From the NCBI GenBank assembly GCA_944320495.1, contig CALUHR010000013.1:160001-224000 (forward strand): DNA of 64,000 nt. Reading direction: 5' to 3'. Under the pieces are notes generated by a model. It was not told where the DNA came from. It saw only the letters and a program-made list of their open reading frames with translations, and ran no database searches. This DNA comes from Candidatus Methanomethylophilaceae archaeon. Lineage in GTDB: Archaea; Thermoplasmatota; Thermoplasmata; Methanomassiliicoccales; Methanomethylophilaceae. Numbering within the stretch: position 1 is the first letter of the stretch; every line of letters begins with the position of its first letter. The position numbers and the translations under genes are program-made. Positions 1-11,755 of the stretch are shown piece by piece.

Positions 1-508
1 CGCCGGGGGAGAGGATCTTCCTGTCCGGTCCCGCGACTGCGCGGATCGCCCTTATCCTGTCAGGCCTGGTGGCGGGGGCGATGAACCCGTCGGCCCCGCA
101 CTCGACGCCCATCCTCGCCATCTCCTCCGCATGCTTCGCAGTGAAGCATAGCGCACCGGGGTGGCTCATCTCGGTGACGGCGTAGATCTCCGCGTCGCCG
201 GACGCCTCCACGGCGGCCCTGAGGGAGTCGTCTCCGGTGAATGCGTGGACGATGACCGCCGACGCGCCCCTGGAGACCGCGTTCTCGACGATGAGGCGGA
301 CGGTGTTCGGGATGTCGGCGACCTTGAAGTCGCATATGACGTCGGTCAGGTCCGCCAGCCTGGTGATCATCTGCGGGCCCTCGGAGAGCACCAGGGGCCA
401 GTTGATCTTGACGGCGTCCACGACGTCCGCCACTGCCTCGGCCACCGCCATGGCCTTGTCGCCGTCTGTCTCATCCAGTGCCAGCACCAGTCTGCTCTCG
501 CGCCTCAT
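1..508 (-). CDS. pyrF: Orotidine 5'-phosphate decarboxylase (3' end outside window)
   Basis: Own translation from ATG at 508: MRRESRLVLALD...VKINWPL...ICDFKVADIPNT...IVHAFTG...APATRP; DxKxxDIPNT is the OMP decarboxylase signature. Confidence 0.93.
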   Translation of the reverse strand, partial: MRRESRLVLALDETDGDKAMAVAEAVADVVDAVKINWPLVLSEGPQMITRLADLTDVICDFKVADIPNTVRLIVENAVSRGASAVIVHAFTGDDSLRAAVEASGDAEIYAVTEMSHPGALCFTAKHAEEMARMGVECGADGFIAPATRPDRIRAIRAVAGPDRKILSPG

Positions 509-561
509 GAGCATCCGGACCTCCCGAAGCAATATAAGGGCATCGAGACGTGGCAGTCGTC

Positions 562-1608
562 ATGCTCAGGAGGATGGAGTGCGGATCCGCGCGCTGCGGC
601 AAGGTGTCCGAGGGATGCGTCAGATGCATCGAGGGGTCCAAGATGGTCCTGCTCGTTACGGGGAGATGCGGCTGGAACTGCTACTACTGCCCCGTGTCCC
701 TGGAGAAGAAGGGGCTCGACGTCATCTACGCCAACGAGGGGCGCGTCACCACCGACGAGGAGGTCATCGCCGAGGCCGAGGCCATGGACGCCCGCGGCAC
801 CGGCATCACCGGCGGGGACCCGCTCGCGGTGATGGACAGGACGCTCCACTTCATACACCTCCTGAAGGACCGCTTCGGCCCGGACCATCACATCCACCTG
901 TACACGGCGACCATGGACCCCGAGAAGTCGAGGGCGCTGGAGGAGGCCGGCCTCGACGAGCTGCGCATCCATCCTCCGGAGGACGTGTGGACCCGTATGG
1001 CCGACACCCGCCTCGCGGAGGTCGTCTCCGCGGTCCGCATCCCCGTGGGCATCGAGGTCCCCGCGCTCCCCCGCAGGGAGGCGGAGCTCCGCGCGATGAT
1101 CGAATATGCCAGATCTGTCGGGGTGGCCTTCGTCAACCTCAACGAGCTCGAGTTCTCCGAGAGCAACTGGGACATGATGAACGCCTACGGCTACGCTGTC
1201 AGGGACGACGTCTCCTCGGCCGTCGCCGGCTCCGAGGAGACCGCCATGGCCGTCATGAAGAAGGTGAGGGGGATCGACATCCACTTCTGCTCCTCGTCCT
1301 TCAAGGACGGGATCCAGCTCCGCAGGAGGCTCATACGCAGGGCGCTCAACACATGCCCGAAGTACCAGCAGGTCACAGAGGACGGCACCATCGTCCGCGG
1401 ATTCGTGAAGGGGGACCCCATCGAGGTCTCCGCCAGGCTCGCCGAGCTCGGCGTGCCTGACGATCTGATGTGCGCCGGGGAGGACCGCGTCGAGGTGGCG
1501 CCGTGGGTCCTCGAGGAGGTCTGCGGCGGCCTCGGGTTCAAGGCCTGGCTGTCCGAGCAGTACCCGACGGCCGACGGCCTCGAGGTCGAGAGGACCCCTC
1601 TGAACCGA
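562..1608 (+). CDS. Radical SAM protein, conserved archaeal family of unknown function
   Basis: CxxxCxxC motif (RCGWNCYYC), GITGGDPL, NLNELE; TATA-like AATATAAG near 531; in-frame CGA at 1606-1608 directly after EVERTPLN; standard-code stop TGA at 1626; start could be 562 or 574. Confidence 0.85.
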
Positions 1609-1634
1609 AAGAGCCAGATGATGTGAGAATGGCA

Positions 1635-1662
1635 CCCCGCACCCTCCCGTGGGGGTGCGGGG
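1635..1662. terminator. GC-rich hairpin between convergent radical SAM gene and nusA
   Basis: CCCCGCACCCTC-CCGT-GGGGGTGCGGGG, 12-bp stem with one G-T pair. Confidence 0.5.
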
Positions 1663-1697
1663 GCGATGGAAATCGTTTGGCGTCCCGCAAGGGACGA

Positions 1698-2126
1698 TCA
1701 CTCGACGCTGAGGCTCTGGATGTCGTGATGCCTGTTCACGATGTCCCTGGCCAGACGCAGGTTCTTGCCCGCCTTGCCGATCGCGCGACCCTTCAGCTTG
1801 GGGTCGACGGTCACCGTGGCATGGGTGATGTTCCCGCGCTGCTCAATCACGACCTTCTGGGGGCCGTAGATGTGGAAGACGTTCATCACGAACTGCTCCG
1901 GGTCCTCGGAGTACTCGACGACCTGGATGTTCTTCCCGGTCAGCTCCTTGAGCTTGATGACATGCTCGCCCTTCTTCCCGACCGCGATGTTGGCCTTGCC
2001 CTTCTCGACGATGAACACGAGCTTGTCCTCGGTGTCCATGCAGTCGATGGCGCTGGTCTTGGTCACGGTCTCGAAGAGGGAGATGTACCTCAGCGTGTCC
2101 TCTGTAAGCACGATGTCGGCGGGCAT
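1698..2126 (-). CDS. nusA: Archaeal NusA (KH domains)
   Basis: MPADIVLTEDTLRYISLFE...AVGKKGEHV...GRAIGKAGKNLRLA; follows rpl30e as in the conserved archaeal operon. Confidence 0.95.
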   Translation of the reverse strand: MPADIVLTEDTLRYISLFETVTKTSAIDCMDTEDKLVFIVEKGKANIAVGKKGEHVIKLKELTGKNIQVVEYSEDPEQFVMNVFHIYGPQKVVIEQRGNITHATVTVDPKLKGRAIGKAGKNLRLARDIVNRHHDIQSLSVE

Positions 2127-2131
2127 TCTGA

Positions 2132-2419
2132 TCACAGCGTAAGGATGTTGGAGCTGCCCTTGTCGATGACGACCAGAGCGGAGACGGAGAACGGCTTTCC
2201 GCACAGGGCGCCGAGCTCCATGTTGTTTCCGTCGAACACGTGGACCTTCACACCGATGTCGCCGGTGAGCTCCTTGCAGGGGCAGTTCCTGGCCAGGACG
2301 ACCATCTGGGCGTTCCCGTTCTTGACGGCCTTGAGGGTCTGGTCGACCCCGAACTCCACCTTTCCGGTGGTGATGGCGGATTTCAGCGCCCTGCTAATAT
2401 CGATCTTCTCGTCACTCAT
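2132..2419 (-). CDS. rpl30e: 50S ribosomal protein L30e
   Basis: [14 protein letters not shown]...[16 protein letters not shown]. Confidence 0.96.
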   Translation of the reverse strand: MSDEKIDISRALKSAITTGKVEFGVDQTLKAVKNGNAQMVVLARNCPCKELTGDIGVKVHVFDGNNMELGALCGKPFSVSALVVIDKGSSNILTL

Positions 2420-3861
2420 ATCTTGTCATCCCCGTTCTTCTTCTTGGGTGTGTAAATCAGGTTTACAGCGCCGGTACCGAGGGTGACCGGCTGTCCGACG
2501 ATGATGTTCTCGGTGACTCCCTCCAGGGGGTCGGTCTCGCCCACCATCGCGGCGTGCAGCAGATGCGCTGCGGTGATCTCGAAGGCCGCCCTTGCGAGCA
2601 CGGAGGACTTCTTTCCGGAGACTCCGTGCCTTCCGATGGCCTTCACGTATCCGTCGTTCGTCATGAGGTCGGCGACCAGCATGATGTGCCTTATGTCGAC
2701 GTCCAGACCGGCCTCCCCGAGGGTGCCCATGGCCTCATGGATGATCGAGTTCCTGGCGGCCTCGATACCCAGGACGTCGGCGACCTCCAGGATGCTGTTC
2801 GTCATGACGTTGTCCGCGTCGACGCCCTCCACCTTGAGCACCTCCTTGAGGTTGCTGCCCTCGGTGATGATCTTCCAGGTGCCCTCCGTCTTGGACAGGA
2901 TGGCCCTGGTGATGCCGTCGATCCCCTTGATCTTGGCATTCTTGATGGCGTCGAACATCAGCTGAAGCTTCTTGTAGGACGGTTCGTCCGAGGTCACGAC
3001 GATCTCGAACCCGTCCTTCTGGACCATTCCCTTGACCGCCTTCACCTTGCCGAGCCTCTCGACGATGTCGTCCTCGGTGATGCCCTTGGCCTCCATCTTG
3101 CGGGGCTCGGGCACGATGATGAGCCTCATGTTGGTGATGTCGGTCTCCACGCGGGCGACGTCCAGCAGGGTCGTGATCTCGATGTTGGAGGCCACGAACT
3201 TGGCGACCATCTCGTCCTCCGCGGCGGTGCCGATGAGGGGGATGTTCATGGACGGCGTGGAGGGTATGCGCCTGGCGTCGACGATCTCGATCAGCCTGGG
3301 CAGACCCTGGGTGACGTTCACGTTCGCGACTCCCGCGTAGTGGAAGGTACGCATGTTCATCTGCGTACCCGGCTCTCCGATGGAGTGCGCGGCCATGACT
3401 CCCGCCGACTCGTTCTGGTCCATCTTGTGCCTGACGTACATCTCGTTGGCGCGTCTGAGCAGCGCCTCGCACTTGTCGTCGGGCAGGTCGGCGTTCTTGA
3501 TGCGGGCGGCGATGTCGACGACGACCTTCAGCGGAAGCTCGATGCCGAGCCTGTCCCTCATCTCCTTGAGCCTGGTCTCGCCCTCGTTGAGGACGTACTC
3601 CTTGACGACCTCCTCCATGGGGGCGACTGGCTCGATCTCCTCGACCTCCTTCTTCGCCTTGGACGGCGCGGAGGCCTTCCTCTTGCCGATCTTGGCGAGA
3701 ACGGAAGCCGCCTCCTCCTCCATCAGACCGAGGTTGACGAGCTCCGCCTCGCCGGCGTTGGCGATGGCGGTGAGCGAGGTGTACTTGGTGAGCAGCAGCG
3801 CGGTGGTCTCCTCGGAGATCCCCCTGCTGGTCAGAGCCTTGATGGTGTCCTTCCTTGCCAT
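2416..3861 (-). CDS. rpoA2: RNA polymerase subunit A2 (Rpo1C) with N-terminal extension
   Basis: [51 protein letters not shown]; start taken at ATG 3861, 2 nt past the rpoA1 stop. Confidence 0.96.
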   Translation of the reverse strand: MARKDTIKALTSRGISEETTALLLTKYTSLTAIANAGEAELVNLGLMEEEAASVLAKIGKRKASAPSKAKKEVEEIEPVAPMEEVVKEYVLNEGETRLKEMRDRLGIELPLKVVVDIAARIKNADLPDDKCEALLRRANEMYVRHKMDQNESAGVMAAHSIGEPGTQMNMRTFHYAGVANVNVTQGLPRLIEIVDARRIPSTPSMNIPLIGTAAEDEMVAKFVASNIEITTLLDVARVETDITNMRLIIVPEPRKMEAKGITEDDIVERLGKVKAVKGMVQKDGFEIVVTSDEPSYKKLQLMFDAIKNAKIKGIDGITRAILSKTEGTWKIITEGSNLKEVLKVEGVDADNVMTNSILEVADVLGIEAARNSIIHEAMGTLGEAGLDVDIRHIMLVADLMTNDGYVKAIGRHGVSGKKSSVLARAAFEITAAHLLHAAMVGETDPLEGVTENIIVGQPVTLGTGAVNLIYTPKKKNGDDKI

Positions 3862-3862
3862 A

Positions 3863-6667
3863 TCACTCGCCTCCTCCCTCGTAGTCGAAGTCCATGTCGT
3901 CCTCGGACTCCTCGGACTCCTCCTCGATGTACTCCATCTCGTCCTTCTCCAGGGATCCGTAGTCCCCTCCGACATCCTTGGTGTCGAGGTGGAGCAGACC
4001 CTCGTAGTCGTCTCCGAGGACCTCGGAGAACAGGTCGTCGAGGTCGATCGCCTTTCCGCGCACGGCCTTGGACGGGTCGACCCCGTCCTCTCCGTAGTAG
4101 AACTGGACGATCGTGCCGGCGGTGTTCCTGACGGTTCCGTCGGCGGTGAGCTTCAGGTCCTCCAGCGCGGAGACGAGACGCCTCTGCATGTATCCGGACC
4201 TGGACGTACGGACGGCGGTATCGACCAGTCCCTCCCTGCCTCCCATGGCGTGGAAGAAGAACTCGGTCGGGGACAGTCCGGACTTGTAGGAGTTGGAGCA
4301 GAATCCCCTGGCGTAGGCGCCGAGGTCCCCCCTCTCGAAGTGGGGCAGGGTCCTGTTCCAGTATCCTCTGGAGAGCCTCTCTCCACGGACGGCCTGCTGA
4401 CCGACGCAACCGGCCATCTGGGACAGGTTGAGCATCGATCCGCGGGCTCCGGCCTTGGCCATGATGACCGCGGGGTTGGACATTCCCAGGTGCTTACCGG
4501 CGATCTTACCGGCTCCGTCACGGGCGTCTCCCAGGACCTTCATGACACTGACCTCCAGGGTCTCCCTGAGGGACCTTCCGGGCATCTGCTCGAGGGTGCC
4601 GTCGCGGTACGAGTCGACCAGCTCGGTCACCTTGTCGATGCAGTCCTGGGTGTTGTTGGCGATCTGCAGCGCCGCCTCCTCGGGTATGTCCTCGTCGCCG
4701 ATTCCGGTGCTGAACCCGTGGTTCATGATGGATCCGAGGGCGAGCCTCGTGACCTGGTTGATGAACTGGGCGGCGCGGTCGGCGCCGTAGCCCCTGGCGA
4801 TGCGGTCCAGGATCTTACCCTTGCTGTTCCCGATCCCCTTGACGTCGATGGTTCCGCACAGCAGCTTGCCGTCCCTGATCTTGACGTACGCGTCGAACTC
4901 GCACTGGTCCTTCTTGCAGACGGAGCAGTTCTGGCAGATGTTCGCCTTGAAGGTGGTGTTGAAGTCGTCCGGGAGGACGGTGGAGAACAGCTGCTTCCCG
5001 GTCCAGTAGTGCTCGCCGGTCTTCTCGTCGATGAACGGCTCGGGCATCTCGATGTCCCCGAGCTTGAACATGATGTTGGAGGCCTCGGCGGCGCCGAACC
5101 TGGGGTTGTTGTGCGTGAGGAAGTACGCCCCGGTGATGTGGTCGTGGATGGCACCGATTATGGGTCCTCCGTACCTGGGTGAGAGGATGTTCTCCTGGAC
5201 CAGCATGAGGATGCGCGCCTCGGCGCGGGCCTCGTCGGACTGGAGCACGTGGAGGTTCATCTCGTCGCCGTCGAAGTCGGCGTTGTACGGCGGGCAGTCG
5301 CACAGGTTGAACCTGAAGGTGCGTCCGGGCATGATCCTGACGCGGTGTCCCATGATGGACATCCTGTGCAGCGAAGGCTGCCTGTTGAACAGGACGATGT
5401 CGCCGTCCACGAGCTGCCTCTCGACCACGTAGTCGACCTCGATGCCCTCGGCCACGTCGGCCGCGTTCTTCTCGGTGACCCTGATCCTCCTGCCGTCGGA
5501 ACGGATGACGTAGTTGACGCCGGGGACGTAGGGGTTGTCCGGGAGCGGTCCGGGGCCGCGGGCCACGAACTCGCGCATCCTGTCGATGTTGTGGGCGTTG
5601 ACGTGCACGGGCACGGTCAGCTCCCTGGCCGCGATGACCGGCACGCCGACCTCGTTGATCGAGAGCAGGGGGTCGGGCGAGATGACGGTACGGGCGCTGA
5701 AGTTGACACGCTTTCCGGACAGGTTGGACCTGAAGCGTCCCTCCTTGCCCTTGAGCCTCTGGGCCAGCGTCTTGAGCGGGCGGCCGGACCTGTGCCTCGC
5801 GGGCGGGATGCCGGAGGTCTGGTTGTCGAAGTAGGTGGTGACGTGGTACTGGAGCAGCTCCCACAGGTCCTCGACGATCAGCTGCGGCGCACCGGCGTCA
5901 CGGTTCTCCCTGAGCCTCTGGTTGATCCTCAGGACGTCGACCAGCTTGTGGGTCAGGTCGTCCTCGGACCTGTCTCCGGAGTCGAGGGTGATGGACGGCC
6001 TCACGGTGACCGGCGGGACCGCCAGGGCGGTGAGGACCATCCACTCGGGCCTGCAGGTCTCGGGGTCGATGCCCAGGGCCCTGAGGTCGTCGTCGGGGAT
6101 GCGCTCGAGCCTCTCGCGGACCTCCTTGGCGGTCAGCTTGTGGTTGTCGTTGACCTCCCTGAAGGTGGTGGGCTTGTCGAGCTTGATCTTGATCTGCTCG
6201 GCGCCGCAGTAGGGGCAGATGCCCTTTCCGGACGCGTCCTTGGCGGTCTCCTTGGAGTAGTTCTTGAACTCGACGGTGTCCCCGCCGAACTCCTCCATCC
6301 TCTCCATGCTGTCCATGCGGGCCCTGATCTGCTCCTCGGAGAGCATCAGCCTGCCGCATTTGCAGCAGGTCGACTCCAGGAGCATCTTGATGTCCTTGAT
6401 GAACCCGACGTGGATGACCGGCATGGCCAGGTCGATGTGCCCGAAGTGTCCGGGGCACTCGTCGACCTTGCATCCGCAGGTCTTGCAGCGGAGACCGGGC
6501 TCGATGACTCCCATGTGGGGGTCCATGAGTCCCATCTCGATCGGGTATCCCTCGTCATCGTAGGTGTCCGCGGTGATGATCTTCGTCGCGGACATCCTCC
6601 TGATCTCGTCGGGCGAGACGCAGGAGAATTTGATGGATCCGATCCTCTTCGTGATTCCTGCTGTCAT
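3863..6667 (-). CDS. rpoA1: RNA polymerase subunit A1 (Rpo1N)
   Basis: Catalytic [46 protein letters not shown]; ATGA overlap with rpoB stop; acidic C-terminal tail. Confidence 0.98.
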   Translation of the reverse strand: MTAGITKRIGSIKFSCVSPDEIRRMSATKIITADTYDDEGYPIEMGLMDPHMGVIEPGLRCKTCGCKVDECPGHFGHIDLAMPVIHVGFIKDIKMLLESTCCKCGRLMLSEEQIRARMDSMERMEEFGGDTVEFKNYSKETAKDASGKGICPYCGAEQIKIKLDKPTTFREVNDNHKLTAKEVRERLERIPDDDLRALGIDPETCRPEWMVLTALAVPPVTVRPSITLDSGDRSEDDLTHKLVDVLRINQRLRENRDAGAPQLIVEDLWELLQYHVTTYFDNQTSGIPPARHRSGRPLKTLAQRLKGKEGRFRSNLSGKRVNFSARTVISPDPLLSINEVGVPVIAARELTVPVHVNAHNIDRMREFVARGPGPLPDNPYVPGVNYVIRSDGRRIRVTEKNAADVAEGIEVDYVVERQLVDGDIVLFNRQPSLHRMSIMGHRVRIMPGRTFRFNLCDCPPYNADFDGDEMNLHVLQSDEARAEARILMLVQENILSPRYGGPIIGAIHDHITGAYFLTHNNPRFGAAEASNIMFKLGDIEMPEPFIDEKTGEHYWTGKQLFSTVLPDDFNTTFKANICQNCSVCKKDQCEFDAYVKIRDGKLLCGTIDVKGIGNSKGKILDRIARGYGADRAAQFINQVTRLALGSIMNHGFSTGIGDEDIPEEAALQIANNTQDCIDKVTELVDSYRDGTLEQMPGRSLRETLEVSVMKVLGDARDGAGKIAGKHLGMSNPAVIMAKAGARGSMLNLSQMAGCVGQQAVRGERLSRGYWNRTLPHFERGDLGAYARGFCSNSYKSGLSPTEFFFHAMGGREGLVDTAVRTSRSGYMQRRLVSALEDLKLTADGTVRNTAGTIVQFYYGEDGVDPSKAVRGKAIDLDDLFSEVLGDDYEGLLHLDTKDVGGDYGSLEKDEMEYIEEESEESEDDMDFDYEGGGE

Positions 6668-9600
6668 CTCAGGTCCTCCAGCTGAAGCCTCATGGCGACA
6701 CCCATGCTCAGGAGCTCGTCCATCAGCAGCTTGAAAGCGTAGGAAGTTTGGACGGGATAGATGTGGGTGTGGTTCTTGCACACCGGGCAGTAGAGCGCAC
6801 CGTTCCTGTCCTTGATTGCTATGTGTCCGCACCTGGGGTTGCCGCAGATGTACTGGACGGTTCCGTCGGACTCGTCGAGCAGCCTGTCCTTGATGACCAT
6901 GGCCGCGCCGTGACCGATGAGACAGTCCCTCTCCATCTCTCCGAACCTGAGACCTCCCTGCCTGGAGCGTCCCTCGGTGGGCTGCCTGGTGAGGATCTGG
7001 ACGGGTCCCCTGGACCTGACGTGCATCTTTCCGCTGACCATGTGGTGCAGCTTCTCGTAGAAGATGACGCCGGTGTAGACCTCGGTCTGGATCATGCGTC
7101 CGGTCCTGCCGTCGTACATGACCTCCTTGCCGTCCCTCTTGAACCCGTTCCTCACGAGCCCGTCGCGGATGGAGTCCTCGTTCTCTCCGGAGAACGCGGT
7201 TCCGTCGATGATGCGGCCCTCCATGGACCCGACCTTGCCCGCGATCATCTCGAGCACGTGCCCGATGGTCATACGGGACGGGATTCCGTGGGGGTTGACG
7301 ACGAGGTCGGGGGTGACCCCGTCGGCGGTGAAGGGCATGTCGCACTGGTCGACGAGCCTTCCGACGACTCCCTTCTGTCCGAACCTGGAGCAGAACTTGT
7401 CGCCCAGCTCAGGGATCCTCTCGTCCCTGACCTTGACGCGGACCAGCCTGCATCCGTTCTCGGACTCGGTGATCATGACGGAGTCGACGTAGCCCTTCTC
7501 GCCGGGGCGCACGGTGACGGAGGTCTCCCTGCGCTTCTGCGGGGTGAGGAAGTCTGTGTCCTCCTCCAGGAACCTGGGCGGGGACGTCTTCCCGATGAGG
7601 ACGTCGGACCCGTGGACCTCGGACTCGGGGGAGATGAGACCGTCCTCCCCGAGCTCGGCGTAGGCCAGGTCCGCCCTGGCGCCCATGATGTCGGGCGAGG
7701 GGATCTCGAAGTGGTCCTCCTGTCCTCCGGGGTAGCGGCGCTCCTCGGCGCGGTAGGACCTCATGAAGGTGGACCTTCCGAGTCCGCGCTGGACGGAGCT
7801 CTTGTTCATGACCAGGGCATCCTCGATGTTGTACCCGTGGTACGACAGGACCGCGATGCAGAAGTTCTGACCGGCGGGCCTGTGGCTGTAGCCGATGTAC
7901 TTCATGGTCTGGGTCTGGACCATCGGGACCTGGGGGTACTGCATCAGGTGTCCGCGGGTGTCGGGCCTGATCCTGTAGTTGGCGGTGGGCACTCCCAGGG
8001 CCTGCTTACCCATTCCCGCGCCCATGGTGATACGGGGCGCGGAGTTGTGCTCCGGATAGGGGACGATACCGGCGGCCACGCCGATGATGACCATGGGGTC
8101 GATCTCCATGTGGGTGTGGGCCTCGGTGATCTTGGTGGGCACCTCGAAGGTGCCGTCGCACCAGGTGCACCTGAGCTCGACGTCCCCGTCCTTGCCGGGG
8201 TTCATCCAGTCGGCGTCGGTGACCGAGAGCGCGTGCCCGCAGCAGGGGCACCTCCTCGGGAGGTCGTAGGCGTCCACGGCGACGAACGCGTCCTCCTCCT
8301 CCTCGGCGTCGAGCCACTCGACGATGCCCTCGCGGAACAGGTCGTTCCATTTGACCCTGCCGTCGCGGATGCCCTCCAGGTGCTTCCTGGTGAGGACGAG
8401 CCTGCCGTTCTTGACGATGAGCAGGGGCCTCCTGAGGCGTCCCTCGTCGCAGTTGATGAGGATCTCGCCCATCTCGGCGTCGTAGCGGATGTTGATCTCG
8501 TTGGAGATGAGTCCGCAGCGCCTGCGCTCCCTGATGTCGCTGACGAGCTTGGCAGGGTCGGAGTGGGTGCCGATGAGGTCCCCGTTGACGTAGACCCTGG
8601 CGCCGGTACCAGACTTGACGGTCTCGAGCTCGAGCTCCCTGAGCATCCATTTGACGTCGCCGTCGGGGAATCCCTCGGACACGTCGATGATCAGGGCGGC
8701 GTTCTTCACCAGTCCGCAGTTCTGACCCTCGGGAGTCTCGGACGGGCACAGCCTTCCCCACTGGGTGGGGTGCAGGTCACGGGCCTCGAAGTGGGGCTGG
8801 CTCCTGGTCAGCGAGGACGTGACCCTCCTGAGGTGGGACATGGCAGAGAGGTTGGACGTCCTGTCGAGCAGCTGGGACACTCCCGCGCGTCCGCCGACCC
8901 AGTTCCCGGTGGCGAGAGCGTGGAGCAGCTTGTGGGTGAGGAGGTCGGGACGGATGGAGGAGGCGATGTTCATCTCGCTCTTCTTCCTGCCCCAGTTCCT
9001 CTCCAGCTGGTACTTCAGGTCCTTCATGAGGCTGCTGAAGCTGGTCCTGAAGAGATCCTCCATGAGGTCGCCGGACAGCTTGAGCCTCTTGTTGGCGTAG
9101 TGGTCCTTGTCGTCCTCCTTCCTCTTGCCGAGGGACAGCTCCAGGACGGAGTGGGCGATGCGGCCGAGGAAGATGGCCTTCTTCATGCGGTCCTCCTGGG
9201 TGTCACCGAGGTGGGGCAGCAGGGACCTGTCGAGGATGCTCTCGACCTTCTTGGTCCTGTACTCCTTCGCCTGACCGGCGGCGAAGTTCCTCTCCAGGAA
9301 CAGGATGGCGTCCTCCTGGGTGTGGTATCCGTTGGGGGCGTAGGTCTTCTTGTCGAAGGAGGCCTCGATGTTGGCGTAGACGATGTTCGCCATGGCCTCG
9401 TCGGACACGATGGTCTCGAAGATCTCCTCGTCGGACTCCATCCCGAGGGCCTTCATGAGGGCCACCAGCGGGATGCTTCCGGAGGCGACGGGCACGGAGA
9501 CCATGACCATGCCGTCCTTCTTCTTCTCCACGAGGGTGAGGGCGCGGTATCCGTCCTTCTGGGAGAACACCTTGGCGACCTCCACGGCCGCGCCGTACTT

Positions 9601-10266
9601 CTCGTTGTACTCGACCATGACCCTGTTGGGGGCCAGGTCCTCGAGCGTGATCAGGACCCTCTCGGTGCCGCCGATGATGAAGTATCCGCCGGGCTCCCTG
9701 GGGTCCTCCTTCTGCCTGATGAGCTCGTCCTCGTACTCCCTGTCGGTGAAGGCGCGCTCGGCGTGCCTCTCCATGACCTGGCGGTTGAGGTTGCAGCCGG
9801 AGGATTTGACCATCATCGGGAGATCCCCGACGTGGATCCACCTCTCGCTCTCGGGCACCTCCTTCTGCACGCCGTCCTCGTAGACGTCGAAGCGGACGTA
9901 GACGGGGGACATGTAGTTGAGGTTCCTGAGCCTGGCCTCCATGGGGGTGAGCTCGTGGCTGTACCCGTTGGCCTCCATGACCTTGGGCTCCTCGACGCGG
10001 ATGGTGGCCTTGCTCTGGGGGTCGACCTTCCCGTCGTCGTCCCTCGGCCTGCCGATGCGGATCTCGATGTTCCTTCCGCCGGTCCTCTCCGGGTCCAGCC
10101 TGATGATCCCCCTGTCCGCGTCGTCCGTGGGCACACGGATGTCGTCGACGATCCTCTGCATCCTGCTGTCCGGGTTGTCCGCGGTGGCGAGGAAGTCGTC
10201 GAAGGACGAGATGTGGTGGTTGACGATGTTGCGCTCCCTGAAGTAAAGATTTACCAGATCCCTCAG
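6664..10266 (-). CDS. rpoB: RNA polymerase subunit B (Rpo2, unsplit); probable CTG start
   Basis: [35 protein letters not shown]; frame is open upstream of ATG 10161 through (L)[24 protein letters not shown] to CTG at 10266; in-frame TAA at 10282-10284. Confidence 0.97.
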   Translation of the reverse strand: MRDLVNLYFRERNIVNHHISSFDDFLATADNPDSRMQRIVDDIRVPTDDADRGIIRLDPERTGGRNIEIRIGRPRDDDGKVDPQSKATIRVEEPKVMEANGYSHELTPMEARLRNLNYMSPVYVRFDVYEDGVQKEVPESERWIHVGDLPMMVKSSGCNLNRQVMERHAERAFTDREYEDELIRQKEDPREPGGYFIIGGTERVLITLEDLAPNRVMVEYNEKYGAAVEVAKVFSQKDGYRALTLVEKKKDGMVMVSVPVASGSIPLVALMKALGMESDEEIFETIVSDEAMANIVYANIEASFDKKTYAPNGYHTQEDAILFLERNFAAGQAKEYRTKKVESILDRSLLPHLGDTQEDRMKKAIFLGRIAHSVLELSLGKRKEDDKDHYANKRLKLSGDLMEDLFRTSFSSLMKDLKYQLERNWGRKKSEMNIASSIRPDLLTHKLLHALATGNWVGGRAGVSQLLDRTSNLSAMSHLRRVTSSLTRSQPHFEARDLHPTQWGRLCPSETPEGQNCGLVKNAALIIDVSEGFPDGDVKWMLRELELETVKSGTGARVYVNGDLIGTHSDPAKLVSDIRERRRCGLISNEINIRYDAEMGEILINCDEGRLRRPLLIVKNGRLVLTRKHLEGIRDGRVKWNDLFREGIVEWLDAEEEEDAFVAVDAYDLPRRCPCCGHALSVTDADWMNPGKDGDVELRCTWCDGTFEVPTKITEAHTHMEIDPMVIIGVAAGIVPYPEHNSAPRITMGAGMGKQALGVPTANYRIRPDTRGHLMQYPQVPMVQTQTMKYIGYSHRPAGQNFCIAVLSYHGYNIEDALVMNKSSVQRGLGRSTFMRSYRAEERRYPGGQEDHFEIPSPDIMGARADLAYAELGEDGLISPESEVHGSDVLIGKTSPPRFLEEDTDFLTPQKRRETSVTVRPGEKGYVDSVMITESENGCRLVRVKVRDERIPELGDKFCSRFGQKGVVGRLVDQCDMPFTADGVTPDLVVNPHGIPSRMTIGHVLEMIAGKVGSMEGRIIDGTAFSGENEDSIRDGLVRNGFKRDGKEVMYDGRTGRMIQTEVYTGVIFYEKLHHMVSGKMHVRSRGPVQILTRQPTEGRSRQGGLRFGEMERDCLIGHGAAMVIKDRLLDESDGTVQYICGNPRCGHIAIKDRNGALYCPVCKNHTHIYPVQTSYAFKLLMDELLSMGVAMRLQLEDLR

Positions 10267-10270
10267 TCGC

Positions 10271-10534
10271 TCACCCCCTGGTTACGAGCCTGTAGACCAC
10301 GAACTCCTGCGCGGTCTCGCTCTTTCTGACGATCTTGATGACGCGACCCTCGTCGATGGGCCCGTGGATCGTCTCAAGGACCTTGATGCCGGGGTCGCTC
10401 TTCCTGATCTTCGGAAGCTGCCCCCTGGTGATGCCCATCTCCCCGAGCACCGCGTCCGCCTCCTCCTGAGAGAGGAGATGGTGCTCCGGAACGAGGACGT
10501 GCCTAAGCACATTGAAGCTAGTTTCTGCTGCCAA
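10271..10534 (-). CDS. rpoH: RNA polymerase subunit H (Rpo5)
   Basis: [27 protein letters not shown]; TTG start at 10534 preceded by AGGTGA (alternative GTG at 10543). Confidence 0.95.
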   Translation of the reverse strand: MAAETSFNVLRHVLVPEHHLLSQEEADAVLGEMGITRGQLPKIRKSDPGIKVLETIHGPIDEGRVIKIVRKSETAQEFVVYRLVTRG

Positions 10535-10646
10535 GTGACTCACCTACTTTTTCCCAGCCCGGTCAGCCGGTTAATCGGTTTCAGAGAAATGCTACGCATG
10601 CCTTCCTCATACTTGATCCGCCGTTCGATCGCTCATGAAGTCCATC

Positions 10647-10723
10647 TGGCGGGCCTGAAGGGATTCGAACCCTTGACCACCTGATTAAAAGTCAGATGCT
10701 CTACCTAGCTGAGCTACAGGCCC
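10647..10723 (-). tRNA. tRNA-Lys: tRNA-Lys(UUU) with encoded CCA
   Basis: GGGCCTGTAGCTCAGCTAGGTAGAGCATCTGACTTTTAATCAGGTGGTCAAGGGTTCGAATCCCTTCAGGCCCGCCA; cloverleaf, anticodon TTT. Confidence 0.97.
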
Positions 10724-10843
10724 ATGGATAGCTTAAAGCTTGTAAGTATCGGGCAACGGGTCATCCTATTTAACAGAATCGGCTATGCGCGGACACGGCC
10801 CGTCGCCCGATGCGTGCTTAACCTTGTTAAATCGCGCCTGCGA

Positions 10844-11644
10844 TCGGTTTTCGGACTCTCCGGCCCTCTCCGTGACCGGTGCGGCCCTCTTCCTGGCAAA
10901 GATGAGGTACGCCGTGTGGCCGAGGGTGTCGAAGGACGGCCTCACCCCTCCTGGGTGGACCTCCATGAACCTCTGGATGTTCTCCAGCGCACGGACGTCG
11001 GCGTAGCCCGCCTCGCGGAGGGCCGTGACTATGCTCTCCATCTGGTTCATGTTCGGCACGTAGGCGCAGAGCCTGCCGCCCGCCCTCAGGAGGGGATCGA
11101 GATTGGGCAGCGCCAACCACGGGTCTGGCATGTCCATGGTGAGCGCGTCCGCCTGCCAGTCGATTCCTGGATCGGCCTCGCGGGCGTCCCCGATGGAATA
11201 GGACCAGCGGGAGTCCAGCCCGGTGCGGGCGACGTTCCTCTCCGTGCGCTTCGCGTTCTCCTCCTTGAGCTCCATGGTGTGCACGTGGCCCGTCGGACCT
11301 ACGGCGGTGAGCAGAGCGGTGGTGAGGCCGCCGGACCCAGCGCCGATCTCGAGGACGCGGTCGCCGGACTTCACGTCGCAGTGCATGAGGATCGTGGCGG
11401 CGTCCTTGGGCGAGATGATCTGGGCGCCCCTCTCCAGCGAGCCGATGAGGTCCATCGCGCCGGGGCGGAACACGGTGTACTCGCGGCCGACCAGGGTCAC
11501 GCGGTCGCCGTCGTCCAGTCCCTTGAGCTTGGACCCGTCCATGGCGCCGAGCCCCTGGACCTTCAGCATGCCGAACGAAACCTTGAGCCAGTGCCTCTTC
11601 CCCTCGGCGTCCTCCAGGAACACCGTCTCGCCCTCTGCGAACAT
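10844..11644 (-). CDS. trmI: tRNA (adenine-N1)-methyltransferase TrmI
   Basis: GAQIISPKDA, VLEIGAGSGGLT, MDMPDPW, GVRP..TLGHTAYLIFARK; CGA at 10844-10846 gives 266 aa; standard stop at 10766. Confidence 0.92.
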
Positions 11645-11734
11645 GGACGGACGATTGGGCACCTCGTTTAATAGAATGACCCCGCCGGGACGCGTCCGGA
11701 CGGGTTCGCCGGGCACGGGGCCCGGCATGGTTTC

Positions 11735-11754
11735 CCGGGGGTCGGAGCCCCCGG
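11735..11754 (-). terminator. Hairpin immediately after proS stop
   Basis: CCGGGGG-TCGGAG-CCCCCGG, 1 nt from the proS TGA. Confidence 0.45.
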
Positions 11755-11755
11755 A

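Noticed and set aside
3895-3930. Short tandem repeat CTCGGACTC in the rpoA1 3' end
   Set aside because: Simply encodes the acidic EESEES tail
3863-7345. 1160-aa ORF suggesting an N-terminally extended RpoA1
   Set aside because: The first 226 codons overlap rpoB out of frame; the real start is ATG 6667 in an ATGA overlap
6748-10329. 1193-aa plus-strand ORF and similar long antisense ORFs (2554-4131, 3353-5182, 11765-13579, 32604-34742, 53597-55075, 58125-59873)
   Set aside because: Antisense shadows of real high-GC genes with no recognisable motifs; expected from strong GC3 bias
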